This document shows positions 58,192 to 64,000 of a stretch of 64,000 nucleotides of DNA, in pieces. A program made the translations under genes and the position numbers. Positions within the stretch are counted from its first letter, which is position 1, and each line of letters opens with the position of its first letter. Source of the DNA: a virus; the IMG/VR virus record IMGVR_UViG_3300009370_000003; one strand, given 5' to 3'. The notes beneath the pieces were generated by a model. That model did not search any database, had not been told where the DNA came from, and saw only the letters and a program-made list of their open reading frames with translations.

Positions 58192-58450
58192 ATCCTATTT
58201 GTAATTTGTATGGGTCTTGACTACGGCCAACATATTCGACACCCGCTCTTGCAGTTGACGGTGCAACATAATCCAAATACTTATCTACCCAGTATCCTTT
58301 TCCCTTGCAATAGTCTTCTATTTCTTCGTAGGTTCCCATTGCATACATTACATGATTCCCAGTTTTATCAAGAACCTTAGCGAATTCCATATCGGATATA
58401 TGACCAGTCCTTGGTAAATCTTGTACTAAATTTAATTCTTGTTGTTTCAT
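58148..58450 (-). CDS. Hypothetical protein
   Basis: ORF overlap-coupled to the upstream hydrolase. Confidence 0.55.
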   Translation of the reverse strand: MKQQELNLVQDLPRTGHISDMEFAKVLDKTGNHVMYAMGTYEEIEDYCKGKGYWVDKYLDYVAPSTARAGVEYVGRSQDPYKLQIGFDYGSGTRKVDNSF

Positions 58451-58986
58451 TACTTATAAAATATATGTTCGTTAATATGCACTGTCTCATTCAAGTGTTG
58501 AGCCCAATAAGGATAAATGTAATCTCCATGATACCACATAGCACCTTCTGTTAAATCGAAAGGTTGTGTTAGTAAAAATTGATTGGCAAGTTGTTGACTT
58601 GCAACCCAAGTCTTACTGTCTTTTGGTTCGTCTGACTTACCGTCACAATACCAACTGAACTGACACATTCCTCTCTTAGGAATTAGCTCACCAGTTTTCC
58701 ATGAGGCTCTATATTCTTTTGTTTGATAGACTACTTCACAAAATGTATTGGGGAATTGTTCTGATTTAACTCGGTTCAAGGTTACGAGAGCGACTCCAAT
58801 TTTTCCAGCGAGTGGTTGGTTTCCTGCTTCAAAATAAATGTTTTGTGCAAGACAAAATGCTTCATCATTATTTACATCTTGTTTCACCGCGTGCGCGGGT
58901 GTAGCCCACATAAAAATACTTATCACTAATAATGCCATAGCCATGTATAAGTAAACTGGCATTTGAGATTTTATTTTTTTCCACAT
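58450..58986 (-). CDS. Cell wall hydrolase (SleB / Hydrolase_2)
   Basis: N-terminal signal or TM segment, CLAQNIYFEA, V..VTLNRV....FP, CQFSWYCDGK, HIFYK. Confidence 0.9.
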   Translation of the reverse strand: MWKKIKSQMPVYLYMAMALLVISIFMWATPAHAVKQDVNNDEAFCLAQNIYFEAGNQPLAGKIGVALVTLNRVKSEQFPNTFCEVVYQTKEYRASWKTGELIPKRGMCQFSWYCDGKSDEPKDSKTWVASQQLANQFLLTQPFDLTEGAMWYHGDYIYPYWAQHLNETVHINEHIFYK

Positions 58987-59171
58987 AGTCTAACTCCCTT
59001 GAAGTAATCCTTGTTGAAGTCTTGGTTGTACTTCTTGCTTACTCTTGCTAAACAAGCACGAACACCAAACACTTTAAATACCAAGTAGTCTACGAAAGAC
59101 ACTTGAACTTGAAATTCTTTTTTATATAAGTCGGCTCTTTCAGGCCCACCTAGGAAATCTGCTACTATCAT
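58971..59171 (-). CDS. Hypothetical protein
   Basis: Overlap-coupled ORF in a gene run. Confidence 0.45.
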   Translation of the reverse strand: MIVADFLGGPERADLYKKEFQVQVSFVDYLVFKVFGVRACLARVSKKYNQDFNKDYFKGVRLCGKK

Positions 59172-59539
59172 ATTAAATAACTCGGCCCATAAATTGTTTG
59201 TGGTTTAACTGGATATCCTTTTAAAAGATTTCCTCTTGGTGCATTCAATGTAGGAGTTCTCCACCCAGCTGCCATTAGAACATCACCTTCTTTAAATTCT
59301 ATAAACTCTCCACCACTTTTCTTTTTGTTCTTAACTTTGAAATCGTGTTTTGCAATGAATCCCCAAACACTTCGTTTAGGGTAAACATTTGGTGAACCTT
59401 CGTTATAACATATACGAATGTATTTCTTACCTTCCGTATAATCATGGAAAGAACCGTCTAGTGCTAACCTCGGCCATTTCTTTTCGTATTCTTTAGTCAA
59501 ATCTTTGCAGAGTGTATCTACTGCTTCTTTTAATTCCAT
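59168..59539 (-). CDS. Conserved phage hypothetical protein
   Basis: GKKYIRI...SVWGFI...GDVLMAAGW.TP....RGN. Confidence 0.65.
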   Translation of the reverse strand: MELKEAVDTLCKDLTKEYEKKWPRLALDGSFHDYTEGKKYIRICYNEGSPNVYPKRSVWGFIAKHDFKVKNKKKSGGEFIEFKEGDVLMAAGWRTPTLNAPRGNLLKGYPVKPQTIYGPSYLI

Positions 59540-59961
59540 TATGCTACCTTTTCTTTCTTACCGTAGAAACCAGTGGGTAGCCTACTATTAAATTTTGCAC
59601 GAGCATTCTTAAGCCACTCTTTGTATTCGGGAGTGTCAACGACATAATCGTTTTCTTCCTTATCCCAGTGGTGGTCAATTTTACTCCACACATCGCTAGT
59701 AACCCAGCCGTGTCCTTTAATATGTTTTAAGTCTTCGACTGTAACTTTGTACCTAGAACCAAACGCATCTTCAACAAAGATTGTTTTAGTCATTGGGCCA
59801 GTTGCATAGTTGGACTCACTGTAATTAACTTTACCTACTTTTTTTATTATCGGTTCTAATGGTTTGTTCCAGTAGTTGCTTTCGAATTGAGGTTCCTCAA
59901 TACATTTTTCGAGACCTTGTTTGATCTCCATTCCGATATAATCTGTATATTTTGCTGTCAT
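59539..59961 (-). CDS. Hypothetical protein
   Basis: ORF with an RBS and TAATG coupling to the next gene. Confidence 0.6.
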   Translation of the reverse strand: MTAKYTDYIGMEIKQGLEKCIEEPQFESNYWNKPLEPIIKKVGKVNYSESNYATGPMTKTIFVEDAFGSRYKVTVEDLKHIKGHGWVTSDVWSKIDHHWDKEENDYVVDTPEYKEWLKNARAKFNSRLPTGFYGKKEKVA

Positions 59962-60039
59962 AATTTTCCCCTAATAATAGCAGGGGCTGGAATAGTCTCT
60001 TTCAAGGTTCCGGCTAGTCCTGCTACATTCATAATTCTC

Positions 60040-60258
60040 TTAATACCCGCTTGTTGTATGGGCATATGCATCGGGACAATCTTTTACCCCGCAGACACAA
60101 CCGTCATTGTTGTCATTAGTATCTGCATTGTCATAGTATGCATCAACTGCTGCCTTCTGTGAATCAGTAAGGTCTTTGTAATCTACATCATTAAATGGAT
60201 TTATCATAATTTTACTCCTAAAAAACTGGTGAAGTTCAGGACTGAGTAGATTGGCCAC
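60040..60258 (-). CDS. Small hypothetical protein with a CxC...C....H motif
   Basis: GCVCGVKDCPDAYAH. The likely start is MINPF after a GGAG RBS. Confidence 0.5.
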   Translation of the reverse strand: MANLLSPELHQFFRSKIMINPFNDVDYKDLTDSQKAAVDAYYDNADTNDNNDGCVCGVKDCPDAYAHTTSGY

Positions 60259-60407
60259 ATCAAAGGCGTCGTAACCAGTCCTGTTATCAAACCAACTTTG
60301 CCTACCGCACCCATCACTAATGAGTTTTTGGTTCCATTTTTCAGGAAAGATAGTGAATCTCCGACTTTGTTGATTAACTTCATGATATTTTTTGTTACTT
60401 TTCTCAT
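60204..60407 (-). CDS. Small hypothetical protein
   Basis: Begins just downstream of a sigma70-like promoter. Confidence 0.5.
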   Translation of the reverse strand: MRKVTKNIMKLINKVGDSLSFLKNGTKNSLVMGAVGKVGLITGLVTTPLMWPIYSVLNFTSFLGVKL

Positions 60408-60417
60408 TTCTATATAC

Positions 60418-60447
60418 AGTATATCAAAAAGCGGAAGGCATTGTCAA
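60418..60447 (-). promoter_or_regulatory. Sigma70-like early promoter
   Basis: TTGACA-N18-TATACT on the minus strand. Confidence 0.7.
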
Positions 60448-60590
60448 GGCTGATTCCAAAAGTCTTTCTCCCAAATCAATGGAATTCTCTTGTTTTGTTT
60501 CCTCTCTTCTAGCATTACTGTCTGCACATAGACAAAGATTAGCCCACCTAATGTGAGTATAAATCCTATTAAAAATTGTAGTCCAGTCAT
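60444..60590 (-). CDS. Small membrane protein (48 aa)
   Basis: Manual translation MTGLQFLIGFILTLGGLIFVYVQTVMLEERKQNKRIPLIWEKDFWNQP, with a GGGAG RBS. Confidence 0.5.
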   Translation of the reverse strand: MTGLQFLIGFILTLGGLIFVYVQTVMLEERKQNKRIPLIWEKDFWNQP

Positions 60591-60725
60591 TTAATTCTCC
60601 CAGTTAATTGGAGGGGTGGGTTCAAGTTTTCACGCATGTCGTGATAATAATTGTGGACTTGGTGATGATTTAGAACCCTTGTCCCTTACCCGAGTCTTTC
60701 GACCCCTATTAAAACTATACCTCTA

Positions 60726-61001
60726 TTATACCATGGACACAGCCCTATGGTCAAGGCCGTATTTGGTTAAATAATATATTACTGCTTTCTTCTCATTCGA
60801 GGTCAAATCGTCTATACTTGTAAACCTAGAATAGGTTAAACCTACAGTAACTAATTTATTACCAGCAGTCACAGCTGCATTCCACATTAAATCATTTTTC
60901 GGGTATAACTGATTCTTCTCACATAGTGTGATAAGGTTCCTACCCATTCGAACAAACTTCTCTTCTTCTCCTTTAAAGTTTTCGTATAAGCTCATTTGCA
61001 T
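60726..61001 (-). CDS. Hypothetical protein
   Basis: GGAG RBS; downstream of a promoter. Confidence 0.6.
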   Translation of the reverse strand: MQMSLYENFKGEEEKFVRMGRNLITLCEKNQLYPKNDLMWNAAVTAGNKLVTVGLTYSRFTSIDDLTSNEKKAVIYYLTKYGLDHRAVSMV

Positions 61002-61027
61002 TACTCCATTATTTAAATATAGAGTAT

Positions 61028-61057
61028 ATTATATAAAAAAGCCTAGGGCAGTGTAAA
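61028..61057 (-). promoter_or_regulatory. Sigma70-like early promoter
   Basis: TTTACA-N18-TATAAT, with a spacer similar to the 60418 promoter. Confidence 0.65.
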
Positions 61058-61071
61058 GTGGGTTTTTGTAA

Positions 61072-61323
61072 TTATAATCCGGCTTGGATTTTATCGAGTT
61101 CAAGGATTTTCTTGTTTATAACATCTACACGGTTAGGCCAATAGATATAGTCCTTATCTGAATCCTTTGCTAGGTTCTCTAACAATGGTCGAATAAAGTT
61201 ATCAAGTTTATCAATGACAGCGTTTGCTTCGTTTGTGCTACTGGAGATGGATTTATCTACTACCTTAAGCTCGTCTGCGTCTAAGGCTGCAAATCCAAAA
61301 TCGTTGTATTCTATTTCTGACAT
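61072..61323 (-). CDS. Conserved T4-like hypothetical protein
   Basis: DFGF.A.D.DEL...PLLENL......DYIYWPNR. Confidence 0.65.
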   Translation of the reverse strand: MSEIEYNDFGFAALDADELKVVDKSISSSTNEANAVIDKLDNFIRPLLENLAKDSDKDYIYWPNRVDVINKKILELDKIQAGL

Positions 61324-61331
61324 ATTAGTAT

Positions 61332-61934
61332 TTATGTATCCTTATCGCCGAATTCCTCTTCAACCTCTAACATATGGTTATAATATTCTTCTAGTTCCTT
61401 TAACTCTTGTTTCTCATGTTGTACTTCTCGATAGTTTGCTCGGTGTTCTAATGTCATTTCTGTTGGAACAATTCTATTGGTATACCAATTAAAAATGAGC
61501 TCTCTAATAGCATCAGTTATCTCATCATAATATAATGAAGGCAATTCGTCATGTTCTATTAACCCAAGGTTCAATGTTATTATACCACATTTTCTGTCAC
61601 TGTTATAATTGAGGTTGTCAGCTAAATGGTTAAGTCCAGCTTTCTGAGCGGCATACAAATAGCCTTTAGAGATATTTGGTTTCCCAGCTCGACTGGATAT
61701 GTTAATGATAAGCTTATGGGTGTCGTCTTTCCATTGACAATATGCCTCATGTAATAGTTCCGCTTGTTTGAATCCTACATGTGCATTGTTAATAAAGATA
61801 TCAAAATGGTTCCATGGTATGTCTGACTCAACTCTACATGTTTCAACATCTAATTTTGAATAAACTATCTCCCCATTCAAGTTCTTTATAACTGCACCTG
61901 CTAGTTTACTACTTCCTGTTATTAGGACTTTCAT
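61332..61934 (-). CDS. Short-chain dehydrogenase/reductase-like protein
   Basis: VLITGS, DIFINNA, IINISS and YxxxK (YAAQK). Confidence 0.8.
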   Translation of the reverse strand: MKVLITGSSKLAGAVIKNLNGEIVYSKLDVETCRVESDIPWNHFDIFINNAHVGFKQAELLHEAYCQWKDDTHKLIINISSRAGKPNISKGYLYAAQKAGLNHLADNLNYNSDRKCGIITLNLGLIEHDELPSLYYDEITDAIRELIFNWYTNRIVPTEMTLEHRANYREVQHEKQELKELEEYYNHMLEVEEEFGDKDT

Positions 61935-62826
61935 AATACTCCTTAATCAAATCAAAGGACGGCTTTCCAAATAGACTACCGTCAACGCTACATTTATTAC
62001 AAGGGGACATACTCCTATCACCCTTCATTAATTTCCTTCTAATCTTATTCATGGGTTTACTAAACCATACATCGTGTAGACTCTGTTGCAATAGATTCCC
62101 GACAACATGTTCTCGTCCCCAATCGTTTGAGCAGAATAGAACATCACCATTCCAATCTACAAACATTTTATAGAACGGATAGTGACATGGTTTCCCTTGT
62201 AGGGATTCCACATCACTCTCCTCAATTCCAATCCAGTCAATGGTTCCACTTCTATTGTTTAATATTAATCCGTGATTCTCAAAATCACCCCAGTGCATTC
62301 TATACTTATACTTGTCTTTATAGTCTACTAGAATCCTATCAAAGTGTTCTATCTGTTCTACACCGTCATACAAATTTATATAGAGCAAATCTAATCCACT
62401 GTCAAATAACTTCTTTGCATATTTTAATGTGAGCTTATCTCCATTAGTATTACACTCTAGGGTTGCGTCTGGCAACCACATTCTAAATCGAAATACTATC
62501 TGTGGGAACTTAGGGTTAAGAAGGTTCTCTCCAAATCCGCTAAAAGATATCTTCCCATTATAATTATGTTTTCCTAATTCCTTTGCAATAGTCTCTGCAC
62601 CTTTCGGTGTCATGTGTAAGTTTCTATTTGGAAAGACATGAGAGTAATACCTTGGACAAAACACGCATGCCCTATTACATAGTTCAGTTGTATTAACCTC
62701 AACCGTAAGTATGGAATTAAGTTCATTTGCTTTATCTTGTTTAGACCAGTGTTTCTTTTCTTGTTCTCTTCTGTGTTCTAAGAAATCGTGTTGGTCAACA
62801 GCTTGTATTGGAATGTTCTCACCCAC
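61909..62826 (-). CDS. Radical SAM protein with a SPASM/twitch domain
   Basis: CNRACVFC, SGFGE, NTNG, and C..PF....V...G.V..C..D...C..C. Confidence 0.9.
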   Translation of the reverse strand: MGENIPIQAVDQHDFLEHRREQEKKHWSKQDKANELNSILTVEVNTTELCNRACVFCPRYYSHVFPNRNLHMTPKGAETIAKELGKHNYNGKISFSGFGENLLNPKFPQIVFRFRMWLPDATLECNTNGDKLTLKYAKKLFDSGLDLLYINLYDGVEQIEHFDRILVDYKDKYKYRMHWGDFENHGLILNNRSGTIDWIGIEESDVESLQGKPCHYPFYKMFVDWNGDVLFCSNDWGREHVVGNLLQQSLHDVWFSKPMNKIRRKLMKGDRSMSPCNKCSVDGSLFGKPSFDLIKEYYESPNNRK

Positions 62827-63280
62827 GCCTTACCTCTAGATATCGTTCTTCTTTACCATCGTCAGGAACATAGGTATATGTTACTGTGTCACCATGGCTC
62901 CATTGTGGGATAAAATCTATAGACAATAAAGTATAGACATTATCTGAACCATTAAATATGTGTGAGGAAGTAGGGTCACCACCCTTTTTAGAAAACATTG
63001 TTTTGCAATGGTATTCCCATAACTGCTCATTGTCTGATGAGAATACAAGTTTATCGGATAATGGAAGAACAGAAAAACGAAGTAAGTTATCGTCACGAAT
63101 TACTTTGAAACTTTCTACCCAACGGAATCCTACCTTGTTTGCCATGTCCCAAGGTATATCAAAACGAAGTAAGTCTTCTCTATCGTAGGGAAGCTCTTCG
63201 TTATAAATTTTAGATTGTTGTTCTACTCGGTGTTGACGGACAATATCTTTAGTTGAAGTATCCACCGTCTCGGACATCAT
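62819..63280 (-). CDS. Hypothetical protein
   Basis: The track ORF starts at 63361. A start near 63280 (after GGAG) limits overlap with the upstream gene. Confidence 0.55.
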   Translation of the reverse strand: MMSETVDTSTKDIVRQHRVEQQSKIYNEELPYDREDLLRFDIPWDMANKVGFRWVESFKVIRDDNLLRFSVLPLSDKLVFSSDNEQLWEYHCKTMFSKKGGDPTSSHIFNGSDNVYTLLSIDFIPQWSHGDTVTYTYVPDDGKEERYLEVRRG

Positions 63281-64000
63281 CTCCACTCTCGGTTTCATTT
63301 GCTTCCCCTTCACTATCTGTTTCACTTGCACTAACAAACTCACCACTGTCCTGTAGGTCACTAATGAAATTGTCTGTTGCCAATGTAAACTGTGTAATCA
63401 TTTCTGCTTTAGAATCTTTTGTAGATACAGTATCAAATCCTAACTTTAAAGCTTCTGCTCTAATCTTAGACTTAGTCATACCTTTAAGTTCTGACGCTGT
63501 AGGAACTACAACTTCTTCGAACTCTTCGTCTTCTACTTTCTTAGCAGCTTCTAAATCATCTGATTCGTCATGTTCAATTTGAGACGCAGCAGCTCTTGCT
63601 TCGAAATCTGCAATCTCTTTCTCGGGAACTATTCTAACATTAAGTGGTTTGGCTTTAGCTACCTCTGCCTGAATTACAGCAGGATTGTTGCTGTCACTAA
63701 TAATAGGTTTACTTCCAACAGTAAATGTTTCGGTTGTTTCTGACTGTGGAACAGCAAAGTTTGTTTCCGTTGTTGGACTTCCATTTGCATCGTATCCAAC
63801 TGTGATAGGTTGACCCTCTAAATCTTTAGGTGGTTCTTCTGTTACATCTTCTTCGGATAAATCCTCAACTTCCTTTAAGAACTCGTCTGTTCCTTTTGCG
63901 TCTTCGGGAACATCTAAGGTTATGGTTTCTTTCCCTGATTCACCTAATGTTGTAGTTGTTATAGTTTCAGGATTACTGTAGGTATCAGCATAGGTATCTA
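63249..64000 (-). CDS. Acidic low-complexity protein (partial, probably extends beyond the window)
   Basis: The frame is open upstream of the Met at 63479 (…KVEDEEFEEVVVPTASELKGMTKSKIRAEA…). C-terminal helix-extension-helix-like motif. Confidence 0.55.
   Translation of the reverse strand, partial: DTYADTYSNPETITTTTLGESGKETITLDVPEDAKGTDEFLKEVEDLSEEDVTEEPPKDLEGQPITVGYDANGSPTTETNFAVPQSETTETFTVGSKPIISDSNNPAVIQAEVAKAKPLNVRIVPEKEIADFEARAAASQIEHDESDDLEAAKKVEDEEFEEVVVPTASELKGMTKSKIRAEALKLGFDTVSTKDSKAEMITQFTLATDNFISDLQDSGEFVSASETDSEGEANETESGDDVRDGGYFN

Noticed and set aside
1-64000. tRNA genes, introns, inteins
   Set aside because: No cloverleaf seen in the intergenic gaps, and core genes such as gp17 and gp32 are normal length and uninterrupted. 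A tRNAscan or Infernal run would be needed to exclude them formally.

Overview
This window is a segment of a T4-like (Tevenvirinae/Kyanoviridae-style) myovirus genome. It is AT-rich, and the phage is probably marine with a Gram-negative host (inferred from bS21, ACP and KdsB). It covers the portal, tail, terminase and neck genes (gp20 to gp13), an accessory fibre and modification island, the baseplate module (DUF4815 protein, gp8, gp7, gp6, gp25, gp5, hub, gp53, gp48), gp4, gp2, gp54-like, gp26/gp51, tape measure, bS21, gp32, gp59, gp33 and small early genes. The main discovery is three proline-punctuated repeat proteins that behave like complementary strands. The 351-aa gene (14515..15570) read N->C and the adjacent 308-aa gene (13589..14515) read C->N have exactly the same 34-unit, 282-residue spacing pattern, with each repeat type always facing a specific partner type. 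The 611-aa gene (21415..23250) is the same design as a single-chain palindrome around a central loop. This suggests long antiparallel protein hairpins or zippers built with a peptide pairing code. Each hairpin locus lies just downstream of a fibre/stalk gene, and the split pair is followed by 2OG-Fe(II) oxygenases and a glycosyltransferase. Other points of interest are a probable -1 frameshift joining gp26 and gp51, an unannotated ArfA-like ORF coupled to bS21, candidate structured RNAs and a CMP-sugar pathway. All calls come from reading motifs and synteny; no database searches were run.
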